From the NCBI GenBank assembly GCA_963665665.1, contig OY762428.1:704001-768000 (forward strand): a stretch of DNA of 64,000 bases. Direction: 5' to 3'. Shown piece by piece: positions 18,938 through 28,903 of the stretch. Below the pieces are notes generated by a model, which was not told the origin of the DNA, made no database searches, and saw only the letters and a list, made by a program, of their open reading frames with translations. This DNA is from Candidatus Kapaibacterium sp. (GTDB lineage Bacteria > Bacteroidota > Ignavibacteria > Kapaibacteriales > UBA2268). Within the stretch, counting starts at the first letter, position 1. Each line of letters begins with the position of its first letter. Made by a program: the position numbers and the translations under genes.

Positions 18938-20143
18938 ATGGGAACATCTATAAATTTTTATCTGAATAATGACAGAAAAAGCAAAAACAAAGAGCTGGCT
19001 ATTTATTGCTTTATTAGAGACAGCGGTAAAACAATTTCCCTTCATGCAAATGAGAGAATTGAAAAAAAATTCTGGGACAGCAAAGGGCAGAAAGCTAAGA
19101 GATCATATATTGGACATCCCGAGCTAAATGATTATTTGTATCGATTCCGCGAAAAAGTAAAACAAGTAATAAGAAATGCTAAAATTGAAAATCCTCTTAT
19201 GCCTTTTGATCAATTGAAAGCATATATAATTAAAGAATTCAAGAAAAAAACTGACTACAATTTCTTTCAGATTCTTGATGTTTTCATTGATACCCGAAAA
19301 AGTACAGTTAGTAAGGCAACAATAACCAGATTCCATACTTTTACCAAACATCTTGAAGATTTCAGCAAGACTGAGCAATTGGATATTGCCCTTGATACAA
19401 TTGATCTAACATTTTTTGATAAACTCCAAAGCTTTTTTATTTCGAAAAATTTGAGCAATAATTATATCTATAAACAAATGCAATTCCTCATATCTTTTCT
19501 TAAATGGGCCTACGAAAGAGAATTTACTAAAAATAACAAATTCGAAAAATATCAGAATGTAAAGAAGACACCATCTGATCAAATTGCACTGACAAAAGCT
19601 GACCTGAAGAAAATTATGGATGCAAAAAATCTTGGTGATAAACTTGAGAAAGTAAGAGATATGTTCCTGTTTCAGCTTTATACCGGCCAGCGTTATGCGG
19701 AAATTGCAAAATTCGACATCAGAGACGTTCATAATGGAGTTTGGAATCTGTATCAGGACAAAACCAAGAAGAAAGTTGAAATACCGTTGATCTCCCCTGC
19801 CCTGCAAATTGTGGCAAAGCATGGCAATAAACTGCCGATTATAACAAACCAGAAGCTGAACAAATATCTCAAGGAACTGGGCGAAAAAGCAGGGCTGGAT
19901 GAAATAATAACTGTTGCAAAATTCTCCGGTGGCGAGAAAATCGAACAGAAGCTGCCGAAATACAAACTGCTGTGCACACATACAGCGCGGCGTACTTTTG
20001 TTTCTCTGGCAGGTTATTCGAATATCAATCCCGATGTTGTAAAATCATTCACCGGCCACAATACGGATAAGATGGTCAGCGTATATTTCAAAAAGAATAC
20101 AGAGGACAGCCGGAAAGCCATTGAAGGAATATTTTCGAATTGA
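18938..20143 (+). CDS. Tyrosine recombinase/integrase (Bacteroidota arm-binding type)
   Basis: N-terminal arm-binding-like region; TGQRYAE (R), KT (K), HTARRTF (HxxR), TGH and Y; adjacent to att. Confidence 0.93.
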   Translation: MGTSINFYLNNDRKSKNKELAIYCFIRDSGKTISLHANERIEKKFWDSKGQKAKRSYIGHPELNDYLYRFREKVKQVIRNAKIENPLMPFDQLKAYIIKEFKKKTDYNFFQILDVFIDTRKSTVSKATITRFHTFTKHLEDFSKTEQLDIALDTIDLTFFDKLQSFFISKNLSNNYIYKQMQFLISFLKWAYEREFTKNNKFEKYQNVKKTPSDQIALTKADLKKIMDAKNLGDKLEKVRDMFLFQLYTGQRYAEIAKFDIRDVHNGVWNLYQDKTKKKVEIPLISPALQIVAKHGNKLPIITNQKLNKYLKELGEKAGLDEIITVAKFSGGEKIEQKLPKYKLLCTHTARRTFVSLAGYSNINPDVVKSFTGHNTDKMVSVYFKKNTEDSRKAIEGIFSN

Positions 20144-20210
20144 TAAAAACGACAAAATAATTATTATTGGAATAATTTTAAGGTGTTATAGAAATGAGGA
20201 TTTTGAAATT

Positions 20211-21758
20211 ATGAACAAATATGAAGTAAAATTGGCTGAAGATTTTAGGAACAACCCTTTAGATTGTGACAAAATTATTATTGAAACCCCACCAATAATT
20301 ATTAACAGTATTCTTGATATAGCAAATGAATTTATTATTGATTTTTTCGAACTTTATAATGAAGTATCAATGAAATTTATCAATAATACACATTTGATTG
20401 CACAGAAATACAACTCGATATTAAAATTATTTATTCCACTATTAATTTTATATGCATCAAAAGAGGAACAATTTCATAACAGAATGTTTTATAAAACAAA
20501 TAGTCAATTACGCTCATATCCAAGAATATTTATTCAATTTTTTAATTTATTGATAAGTTCAAATAAGCAATACAGAACAACACAACAAATACTTGAAGAA
20601 TTTCTCAATGCATATCAAAATAACATAAAACCGAATTATAAATTTGAAAACAGAATTAATTATACTATGGGAGTTTTTAATATTGGATTAGATTCATTTG
20701 GGACAAGCAGTCAAGTAAATATTCATTCTATTGAAAAATATGTTAAAACTTTCTTAAAATCAATAATAAGTGGATTAAAATCATTAAGTCACAATAGAAC
20801 CCCACATTGGAATTATAATATTGAAATTATCAAGTTATATTGTAATAACAATCTGAAGAAGAATGAGGTATTCAAATATCTATCAAAATTATACGAAGAT
20901 TTGTCTATTGAAGAAAATCAAAATATTTATGACAATTGGATAGATCTAAAAAGAGAAATAAAAGAACTTAATGAACATTTCATTTTAAGGTCAAAAAATA
21001 TAAAACTTGATCAGGTAGCAAAAATTAAGGAATCTGTAAGAATAATTGATTCCAATTCAAAGGACACACGGATAGTTGTTGATTCAAGCGAACACACATT
21101 AGCCAGAATAATTATGTTTGCAATCCAGTCAGGAATTATTCTCAATCAATCTTCATTTTTAGATATTTTCAAGCACTTTAAGTTCAAGGATGATGAAGAG
21201 GATACAAGAACAAACCAATTCTATGAAAATTGTGATAATCTTATTAATGAAATTCTCAATGGGAATTATGATGAAATTCATGACAATCAATTTTATGAAT
21301 TTACAAAATCATGCGCAACGAAGGTATTAAAAATTGGAAATATTGAAGAGTTTATTATTGAGCTATTAAATCATAATATCCATAAGAACGTTAATAATCA
21401 TATAGTTCATGATGAGACCAGAAATCATTTAAACAGAATCATTATCAACACAGCACAAGCTACATTTATTAGATTTTTAGATTTACTTATTAAGGCAAAT
21501 ATTATTAAAGATCAACCCTCTTTAATTCATATCATTAAAAATTTTAAACTAAATAATGACCCCGATAATCAAAAAACGCAAAAATTAAATGATTCCATTT
21601 ATAAAAAGTTTGATGAAATTAGTGGAAATGATAGAAATATAATTTTTCGTAAATTCACCAAATTATGCATGATGGATTTGAAAATACCAGATTTAGAAAA
21701 TTTGCAGATTGCAATTGAAGAAGAGATAACAAAAAGAAAAAATAACAAATTTTTATAA
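20211..21758 (+). CDS. Hypothetical protein with a tandemly duplicated C-terminal domain
   Basis: Very AT-rich long ORF. ATG at 20211 preferred (GAGGA upstream) over the TTG at 20121 overlapping the integrase. Two related repeats of about 100-120 aa. Confidence 0.75.
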   Translation: MNKYEVKLAEDFRNNPLDCDKIIIETPPIIINSILDIANEFIIDFFELYNEVSMKFINNTHLIAQKYNSILKLFIPLLILYASKEEQFHNRMFYKTNSQLRSYPRIFIQFFNLLISSNKQYRTTQQILEEFLNAYQNNIKPNYKFENRINYTMGVFNIGLDSFGTSSQVNIHSIEKYVKTFLKSIISGLKSLSHNRTPHWNYNIEIIKLYCNNNLKKNEVFKYLSKLYEDLSIEENQNIYDNWIDLKREIKELNEHFILRSKNIKLDQVAKIKESVRIIDSNSKDTRIVVDSSEHTLARIIMFAIQSGIILNQSSFLDIFKHFKFKDDEEDTRTNQFYENCDNLINEILNGNYDEIHDNQFYEFTKSCATKVLKIGNIEEFIIELLNHNIHKNVNNHIVHDETRNHLNRIIINTAQATFIRFLDLLIKANIIKDQPSLIHIIKNFKLNNDPDNQKTQKLNDSIYKKFDEISGNDRNIIFRKFTKLCMMDLKIPDLENLQIAIEEEITKRKNNKFL

Positions 21759-21775
21759 TATTTTAAAAAAACAAC

Positions 21776-21800
21776 AATCACAGGTGTGAAACCTGTGATT
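21776..21800. promoter_or_regulatory. Perfect inverted repeat upstream of the excisionase promoter (putative operator)
   Basis: AATCACAGGT-GTGAA-ACCTGTGATT, followed by TAAATTTG (TAnnTTTG promoter element) near 21822. Confidence 0.55.
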
Positions 21801-21872
21801 ATGCTCAGTAATTACAATCGTAAATTTGCTCCATAATTATTTTGTTCAACAAAATTAGATGGGGCTTTTTTT

Positions 21873-22166
21873 ATGTCCAGCTCTCTTATTCTAAAAGAAC
21901 TCACCGCAGCCGACCTAAAAGAAATGATGGTTGACGCTGTGAATTCGTGCCTTCAGCAAAGCGAACCGAAAGAATCATCAACCGAAAAGGATGATGATCT
22001 GATTACAATCGAGCAGGCAGCAAAGCTACTGCATATATCCAGGCCCACACTACACAAATGGAAAAAGCAGGGTACAATCCAGCAATACCGATTATGCGGA
22101 CGTGTATATTTCCGCAGGTCTGAAATTTTAAATTCATTAAAAACAATTAAAAGAAAGGAAATCTGA
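21873..22166 (+). CDS. Excisionase-like HTH DNA-binding protein
   Basis: LITIEQAAKLLHISRPTLHKWKKQGTI...GRVYFRRSEI (HTH_17/MerR-like); directly precedes the primase. Confidence 0.85.
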   Translation: MSSSLILKELTAADLKEMMVDAVNSCLQQSEPKESSTEKDDDLITIEQAAKLLHISRPTLHKWKKQGTIQQYRLCGRVYFRRSEILNSLKTIKRKEI

Positions 22167-22168
22167 TT

Positions 22169-24472
22169 ATGAGGTTCATATGCAGTACTAACAGAGGAAT
22201 TATCGATAAATCGTTCAACCGCAATGCAGATATTAGCATGTGGAAGAATGTTGAGCTATCCACCGAAGAACTGAAGCACAACCTGGCTGATGGTTTTGCA
22301 TTCTGCCCGGTTGTATGGAAAGATCCGGCGGCAGGCAGAAGCGAAGATAATTATTCAACGAACCAGATTCTGGCAATTGATATTGACAATGATATTTCTA
22401 TTAACGGGCAAAAGCGAAAAAAACTGGATGAAGAAGGATACTTCAGTTTTGATGATGCCTGTAATGACAGGATGATCAGGCAGAACTCGGTGATGATATA
22501 CACAACTTCCTCCCATACTGATGATCACAACAGGTTCAGGATCATTTTTTCGTTTAACAAGTCTCAATCAAGCAAGGTTTTTTACCAGGATACTTTAAGA
22601 ATGCTCATTCGTAAGTATGACGCTGACCCAAATTGTTCTGATATTGTTAGATTGTTCTATGGTTCCTCTAACGGAAAGTTTCGAATATTTAATAATATAA
22701 TGAGCAAAGATTTTCTTGAAATGCTTAAACATTCCGACCGCTTTGAGAAAAGAAATTCTGCTGAATACACAAAAAAATCAGGCAGATTAATTGATCCGGC
22801 ACAGATTGAGGATATACTTAATACAATACCACCCAATCCGGGATATGATGTATGGTTGAAGATACTATCCGGAATAGGGAATCATCTTGAGGATGATGAG
22901 ATCACTACCGAACTAATTGATAACTGGTCTCCGGATAAGAATCAGGGAACAAACTATAAAGTAAAGCATCGCTTAAGGAAGATCGGAATAGGGACAGTGA
23001 TATATTACGCCCGTATGTATGGCTATGATATATCCACACTGCCCGGCCTGGAGGAACTGACCGAAAAATACCATGAACTTACAGAGATGGGCAATGCCCT
23101 TAGAATATACGACGAATGGCGCGATATTCTGGCATACAATCATACCCGCGACAAGTGGATGATATGGAACGGAAGATATTGGAGCATTGACGAGACATGC
23201 GAACATGAGCAGCTTGCGAAAAGAACAATCCGAAACATCATAAAGATAGAAGCAAAAAAAGAAAAGAACGAAGAAAAGAAGAAAAAAATTCTGAACTGGG
23301 GAAAAAACTCTCAAAAGCGGTCGATATTTACGGCTTCATTGAAATTTGCAAGGACAGAAACTGACTTCGTAACAGTTGAAAAGCACTACAATAGGAATAA
23401 TAACCTGTTCAACCTTGCAAATGGCACTTATGACCTGAAGAACCAACGATTCAAAGACCATAATCGAAAAGACTATATCACCAAATTTGTGGATGTGGAA
23501 TACAAGCCCGAAGAGGATGACGGAATATCCTGGGCCCTCTTCCTGGATACAATTTTCGACGGAAATATTGAGCTTATTGATTTTGTTCAGCGAGCTGTTG
23601 GTTACAGCATGTCCGGCAATATCAGCCATGAGGTTCTTTTCTTCTGTCATGGTAAGGGTAATAACGGAAAATCAATATTCTTTAATGTCCTGGATCACAT
23701 GTTTGGCACTTATGGTGTGAAGATGGATGCATCTACACTGATGCAGAAAAAACAAGATTCAGCTTCAAATGACCTGGCAAGGCTTGTTGGCAGAAGATTT
23801 GCAGTCAGCTCTGAGATTGAAGAGAATAAACGGCTCAATGAATCTCGCGTAAAGAATTTAACCGGCCACGACAAAATCTCAGCCCGCTTTCTCTACCAGG
23901 AGCATTTCGAATTCGTGCCGGTGTTAAAACTTTGGATGTATGGCAACCATAAGCCGGTTATCAGAGGGACAGATGACGGAATTTGGCGCAGGATAATGCT
24001 TATTCCATTCAATGTCAGCATACCAAAGGAAGAACAAAGGCCGGCAGATGAACTTCTTGAAGAATTGTTATCGGAAGAAAGCCAGATTCTGAACTGGATG
24101 CTTGACGGCTATAAGAAATATAAGGCAGTTGGCCTTAATCCTCCCCGGATTGTAAAGATGGCAACAGACGAATACAAGAATGACAGCGATCAGTTGATGG
24201 AATTTATTGAACAAATTTGTAATACTGACGACACAACGAAGTGTATAAAAGTAGCAACTTTATTTAAAGTTTATCAATTCTGGTGCAAAAATAATAGTGA
24301 GTTTTGTATCGGAAAAAAAACATTCGTTAGTCGTATTGAGGAAAAAGGCTTCCCTAAGAAAAAAGGAGCACACAATTATCCGGAATTCAAGGGAATTTCT
24401 ATTCGCCAGGAAGTGATTGACCAGATGAACCAGCAATCCGACAAGAATAATGATGACAAACTGAAATTCTAA
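22169..24472 (+). CDS. Phage/plasmid primase-helicase (AEP-like primase, PriCT-2, D5/P4-family SF3 helicase)
   Basis: AIDIDND, YTTSSH...RFRIIF, GYDVWLKI, TEMGNALR, Walker A GKGNNGKS, NHKP...DDGIWRRI. Confidence 0.9.
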   Translation: MRFICSTNRGIIDKSFNRNADISMWKNVELSTEELKHNLADGFAFCPVVWKDPAAGRSEDNYSTNQILAIDIDNDISINGQKRKKLDEEGYFSFDDACNDRMIRQNSVMIYTTSSHTDDHNRFRIIFSFNKSQSSKVFYQDTLRMLIRKYDADPNCSDIVRLFYGSSNGKFRIFNNIMSKDFLEMLKHSDRFEKRNSAEYTKKSGRLIDPAQIEDILNTIPPNPGYDVWLKILSGIGNHLEDDEITTELIDNWSPDKNQGTNYKVKHRLRKIGIGTVIYYARMYGYDISTLPGLEELTEKYHELTEMGNALRIYDEWRDILAYNHTRDKWMIWNGRYWSIDETCEHEQLAKRTIRNIIKIEAKKEKNEEKKKKILNWGKNSQKRSIFTASLKFARTETDFVTVEKHYNRNNNLFNLANGTYDLKNQRFKDHNRKDYITKFVDVEYKPEEDDGISWALFLDTIFDGNIELIDFVQRAVGYSMSGNISHEVLFFCHGKGNNGKSIFFNVLDHMFGTYGVKMDASTLMQKKQDSASNDLARLVGRRFAVSSEIEENKRLNESRVKNLTGHDKISARFLYQEHFEFVPVLKLWMYGNHKPVIRGTDDGIWRRIMLIPFNVSIPKEEQRPADELLEELLSEESQILNWMLDGYKKYKAVGLNPPRIVKMATDEYKNDSDQLMEFIEQICNTDDTTKCIKVATLFKVYQFWCKNNSEFCIGKKTFVSRIEEKGFPKKKGAHNYPEFKGISIRQEVIDQMNQQSDKNNDDKLKF

Positions 24473-24473
24473 T

Positions 24474-24588
24474 TACTATCTTTGTTATCCATTGTGATAC
24501 TTTTGACCAAACTCCCCTATAGGGAATATTAAAAAATCTCTATATAACAGTTTAGTAAAAAACGTCACCAAAAGTAACAAAGATAGTA
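24474..24588. other. Putative replication origin: long imperfect palindrome after the primase
   Basis: TACTATCTTTGTTA (24474-24487) and TAACAAAGATAGTA (24575-24588) form a perfect 14-bp IR; inner IR matches 15/20. Confidence 0.55.
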
Positions 24589-24752
24589 CAAGACAGCATA
24601 ATTTTTCCAGAAAATAACAATCCGGGCCCGGATTTTCGATTTAACTAAGCTTTTCAACCCGCTTTTTTAAAAAGCAGGACGGGAAGGTATGTGCGTAAAG
24701 TTCGTAAAAAATCAATTTATAAATCAGGAGTTAACAATGGCCAACGATGTTA

Positions 24753-25283
24753 CTATAATTTTTTGTATTCGTTAAAAAACTGTCTGAACATCCGGCACAA
24801 TGAAATATTTTCATTGTCATTTTTATTAAGTTGCTTGCAGTGATCATCATTGCTTGCAATTAATTTCTTCACCATCTCTTCAAAATTTTTATTAAACTTA
24901 GTATCTTTTGAAATAATCTGCCAGGCATCACGAAATGCCTTTTTCGTCAGTGCATATTTCATTCCACCCTTCCATATATCGAAAATATCTTCTGTTATAT
25001 AGCATTTATCACGAAGATCAAATTCCTCACTGCAAAGATCGAAATATACTCTCATGTATCTCATTGTTTTATCATGAGTTCCTTCATTATATTTTTCATC
25101 TAAAATATTGAAATCAAAATCTGACTGATTTATATTTTCAGGAAAATTTAAAATAATCTCCTGATAACGTTTTGTATAATCCGCGAAAATTTGAATTTGG
25201 AGCTGTTTTTTATAGCTTCGAATCGTATAAACAAGTGCAGCTAATGCTACTAATAAGGCTCCAAGCTGTATCCAGTCACTCAT
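24753..25283 (-). CDS. Hypothetical protein with one N-terminal TM helix (DUF4760-like)
   Basis: WIQLGALLVALAALVYTI, then the helical YTKRYQEII...YFDLCSEEF...IW region; last gene of the R-M operon. Confidence 0.65.
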   Translation of the reverse strand: MSDWIQLGALLVALAALVYTIRSYKKQLQIQIFADYTKRYQEIILNFPENINQSDFDFNILDEKYNEGTHDKTMRYMRVYFDLCSEEFDLRDKCYITEDIFDIWKGGMKYALTKKAFRDAWQIISKDTKFNKNFEEMVKKLIASNDDHCKQLNKNDNENISLCRMFRQFFNEYKKL

Positions 25284-25362
25284 ATCATGTCTTTCAAAGT
25301 AAAATATTTATGTTTGCTTTCGATATAGATAATATATTTGCTTGTCGGTTATGCTTTTCATT

Positions 25363-26889
25363 TCATTCCCCTTCATTCCCGTTTATGGTTTCCATTATCT
25401 CTTTGAAGCTTGCCAGCCCCGATTCAATGTTTTCTATTATTTCGGCTGCCAGAATATCCGGATCGGGAAGGTTATCCAGGTCGGTCAGGCTTTTGTCCTT
25501 CAGCCAGAAAATATCCAAATTGGTTTTATCTCTTGCAAGTATTTCTTCATAGCTGAATTTGCGCCATCTGCCTTCAGGGTTCTCCTCGCTCCATGTGTCT
25601 TTTCTTTTGTGGCGGTTTTCCGGATTGTAACATTTTACAAAATCTTCCAGATCCGCGGTTGTCATCTGCTTTTTCTTCAGTGTGTGGTGCACGTTGGTGC
25701 GGTAATCGTAAAACCATATTTCTTTAGTATGAGCTTCTTTACTCGCGGCTCTATTATCGAAGAAAAGAACATTCGCTTTCACGCCATGTGCATAGAACAA
25801 GCCGGTTGGCAAGCGTAAAATAGTATGCAGATCAGCAGTCATCATTAATTGTTTGCGTACTTCTTCGCCTGCGCCGCCTTCGAACAATACATTATCAGGA
25901 AGCACTACTGCCGCCTGGCCGGTTACTTTCAGCATGGTTTTGATATGCTGTAAAAAGTTCAATTGCTTGTTGGATGTGGTTTCCCAGAAATCCTGTCTGT
26001 TGTATGTCAGATCTTCTTTTTCTGCTTCGCCTTCAGCGTTGGTAACAGTGTAGCTGCTTTTCTTGCCGAAAGGGGGATTTGCAAGCACGTAATCGTATCG
26101 GCTGCCGTCGTCGGCTACTAAGGCATCGTTTGAAGATACAAAACTATCTCCGCCCATTTCGCCTATGTTATGCAGGTACATATTCATCAGGCACAAGCGC
26201 CGGGTATTGGCTACAATTTCGTTGCCATAGAATGTACTGTTTTTCAGAAACTCTTTTTCATCACGGTCGAGCTGGTTGTTTGTAGTTATCCAGTCGTATG
26301 AAGCCAAGAAGAAACCGCCAGTGCCGCAGGCAGGATCGGCTATTGTCTTCATTGGTTTTGGCCGGACACATGCAACCATCGTCTTGATCAGGGCACGTGG
26401 AGTAAAGTATTGTCCGGCGCCGGATTTTGTATCCTCAGCATTCTTTTCCAACAGGCCTTCGTAAATTTTGCCCTTTATATCGGCTCCCATCAATGACCAT
26501 TCTTCCTGGTCAATCATATTGATTACACGCAAAAGCTTGGCCGGATCCTGAATTTTATTCTGGCTTTTGGTAAATATTTGACCCAGCATACCTTTTTCGG
26601 TACTCAGGCTGCGTAAAAGCTGTACATAAAACGATTCCAGTTCTGCGCCGCGTTTCGCCGCCAATGTTTCCCAATCGCATAGCTCGCTGTTTTCTATTTC
26701 ATTTCCTTCAACATCTTTCAACCTGGGGAATTTTAAGCCTTTGCTATATGGTGGTTTATTTAATTCATCCGCCATTTTAAGGAAAAGTAGATATGTGATT
26801 TGTTCTAAATAATCACCGTATCCAACCCCATCATCACGCAGTACATTCGCGAGGTTCCATATTTTTGATATTATTGCTGTATCTGACAT
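25363..26889 (-). CDS. hsdM: Type I R-M methyltransferase subunit (m6A)
   Basis: LRDDG...YLLFLKM, GQYFTPR, DPACGTGGF, NPPF. Confidence 0.95.
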   Translation of the reverse strand: MSDTAIISKIWNLANVLRDDGVGYGDYLEQITYLLFLKMADELNKPPYSKGLKFPRLKDVEGNEIENSELCDWETLAAKRGAELESFYVQLLRSLSTEKGMLGQIFTKSQNKIQDPAKLLRVINMIDQEEWSLMGADIKGKIYEGLLEKNAEDTKSGAGQYFTPRALIKTMVACVRPKPMKTIADPACGTGGFFLASYDWITTNNQLDRDEKEFLKNSTFYGNEIVANTRRLCLMNMYLHNIGEMGGDSFVSSNDALVADDGSRYDYVLANPPFGKKSSYTVTNAEGEAEKEDLTYNRQDFWETTSNKQLNFLQHIKTMLKVTGQAAVVLPDNVLFEGGAGEEVRKQLMMTADLHTILRLPTGLFYAHGVKANVLFFDNRAASKEAHTKEIWFYDYRTNVHHTLKKKQMTTADLEDFVKCYNPENRHKRKDTWSEENPEGRWRKFSYEEILARDKTNLDIFWLKDKSLTDLDNLPDPDILAAEIIENIESGLASFKEIMETINGNEGE

Positions 26890-26939
26890 ATTATATTCTG
26901 TTTATATTTTTATTTAGTAGTTTTTTTCATCTTCCCTGA

Positions 26940-27647
26940 TCAAAGAAATGATACTTCCCGATACATGATAATCAAATCTCTTGATCTGATTGTTGCTTTA
27001 TATGTATCCTCTCCTAAGTAAGCAGCATTGATGCGTCGCATAAAGGTGTAAAAATCTTTTTTATTATCGCAGCCTTTTTCAAAATTATATTCCTCGGTTT
27101 TAAAAATCAGGATAAGCAGAACATTGATATTTGCATCTGAGATAGTGCCAACAGTTGAGTAAAGAAATTGATAACGCAAATTAAAATCTTCTTCCGTTAC
27201 CCGGTTCAAATTTTCTTTTAGCAGATTTTCGATTCTTTCAGGAGCATTTGTACTCTTGCCATTTAATTCATTAACTTTTGCTTTATGATAAACAGTGGCC
27301 ACAGTGTCTCCGAATGGTTCGTCAACTTTTGCCTCAAGCCCGATAAAAATTGATTGATTTGATTCTGTTTTGCCCCATATACCTAAATCATGTTCTCTGC
27401 CGTGACCGAATTCATCAAAACGAACTTCATATTCGATTTCGGCTTTATCTAATACAACCTTTGTTTGAAGGGCATCAGATAACATTGTCTCTAATCGAGA
27501 TATTCCATTTCTATTTAGAATAAAATCAGCAAGGGAGTACGAGCTTCGATATTTCTTCCAGTGTTTTCTTTTTTTACCACTTGTAAAAGCAGCATTTTTC
27601 CAATCATCAATGTTTTTTATTTCAAGGTTTCTGTATTCAATTTTCAT
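26940..27647 (-). CDS. DUF6946-like putative PD-(D/E)xK nuclease
   Basis: HWKKYRSSYSLA, EHDL...IGLEAKVDEPFG, LRYQFL; start overlaps the hsdS stop (ATGA). Confidence 0.6.
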   Translation of the reverse strand: MKIEYRNLEIKNIDDWKNAAFTSGKKRKHWKKYRSSYSLADFILNRNGISRLETMLSDALQTKVVLDKAEIEYEVRFDEFGHGREHDLGIWGKTESNQSIFIGLEAKVDEPFGDTVATVYHKAKVNELNGKSTNAPERIENLLKENLNRVTEEDFNLRYQFLYSTVGTISDANINVLLILIFKTEEYNFEKGCDNKKDFYTFMRRINAAYLGEDTYKATIRSRDLIIMYREVSFL

Positions 27648-28903
27648 TTCTTTTTCTCCTTTTTAATCCTTTCCAGCAGCACGCTTGCTGGTTCATAATC
27701 TGCTTCTTGTTTGCATTTTTCTATTTCTTCTTCACTTAATAGTTTTCCTTCAAATGCTTTTTTTAGAATGCTTTGGCGCAGGGCTTCTGATTTTTCTAAT
27801 GCTTCTGCTATGCTTTGTTCTACCTTGTCGCATACGGACAGGCGTGATTCGATTTCTTTGACTATTTGGTGCTGTAAATTTACAGGTGGTAACTTTAACT
27901 CCAAGTTGAGAAAGCGATTTTGCGTTAAATTCACACCACTATCATTACCGCCAGTTTTAATCTCTTCAATTTTAGTAAGAAATTCAGATGAATTCATATT
28001 ATACATAAAATAATCATTTAGTATATTATCAGATAAACGAAGACGATATACTTTATCACAATTGATAAGTTTTGGTCTTGTTTTCTTAATAAGGCAACAT
28101 ACGCCAACCCTGTTTCTTGGACCAGCTCGAGTAATTAAAATATCGCCATACTTAATTTCATGTTGTTTTCTTGGTTCTAAATTCTCAGGTAAAACTTTGT
28201 TTTCATTTTCATTAAAAAATCCATGTTGAATCGAAGAGGTTTTAATAACTGCCCATTCCTCATCATTTGTTGAACTCATATTCTTACATTTAGGACTCCA
28301 ACCCTGTGATAATTCATCAACAACACTTTTCAGTTCTACAATCTCCCATTCCCCCTCAAAAGCCTTTTTAAGCACTGCCTGACGGTATATCTTCAGTTGT
28401 TCCTGTGCTTTTTTTAGGTCTGCAATACCTTTATCGAGCGAGGCTAAGAGGTTCTCGATTTTTGTAACTATTGCCCGCTGGATGGGGAGGGGAGGGAGAG
28501 GGAAATACTGTTTTTCAATATGTTGATAATGTCTTGCATAACCTTTATCTTTTATTTTAAAAACAAGAATTTCAGTTAATAATGCAATATACTTGGGAAT
28601 TAATCCATTTTTAGGTTCTAATACTTTTGTTCCATCAGCACCTGGAGCAAAATGAAAATCAATGAGTTTGATTCTTTTGGTATGATCACCAAATATAATT
28701 ACCGGCAAACGACAATTTAAAATCCTATTTTCATCTTCTGTATATCCTCCTATGGTAGATTGACCTTGATCTACAACAGGAATTCTCCCGGATTGTAAAT
28801 AATCTTTTTGTTTCAGCTTGGTTTTTGTTGTAGATACTTTATAAACAGCATCCTTGTATAGTATCTCTACCCAATCTTCAGATATTATATTTTTATTTGT
28901 CAT
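27644..28903 (-). CDS. hsdS: Type I R-M specificity subunit
   Basis: Two TRDs with conserved PLPPLPIQRAIV and LPPVNLQHQIV, QSILKKAFEG, EPASVLLERI; likely start MTNK at 28903. Confidence 0.93.
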   Translation of the reverse strand: MTNKNIISEDWVEILYKDAVYKVSTTKTKLKQKDYLQSGRIPVVDQGQSTIGGYTEDENRILNCRLPVIIFGDHTKRIKLIDFHFAPGADGTKVLEPKNGLIPKYIALLTEILVFKIKDKGYARHYQHIEKQYFPLPPLPIQRAIVTKIENLLASLDKGIADLKKAQEQLKIYRQAVLKKAFEGEWEIVELKSVVDELSQGWSPKCKNMSSTNDEEWAVIKTSSIQHGFFNENENKVLPENLEPRKQHEIKYGDILITRAGPRNRVGVCCLIKKTRPKLINCDKVYRLRLSDNILNDYFMYNMNSSEFLTKIEEIKTGGNDSGVNLTQNRFLNLELKLPPVNLQHQIVKEIESRLSVCDKVEQSIAEALEKSEALRQSILKKAFEGKLLSEEEIEKCKQEADYEPASVLLERIKKEKKK

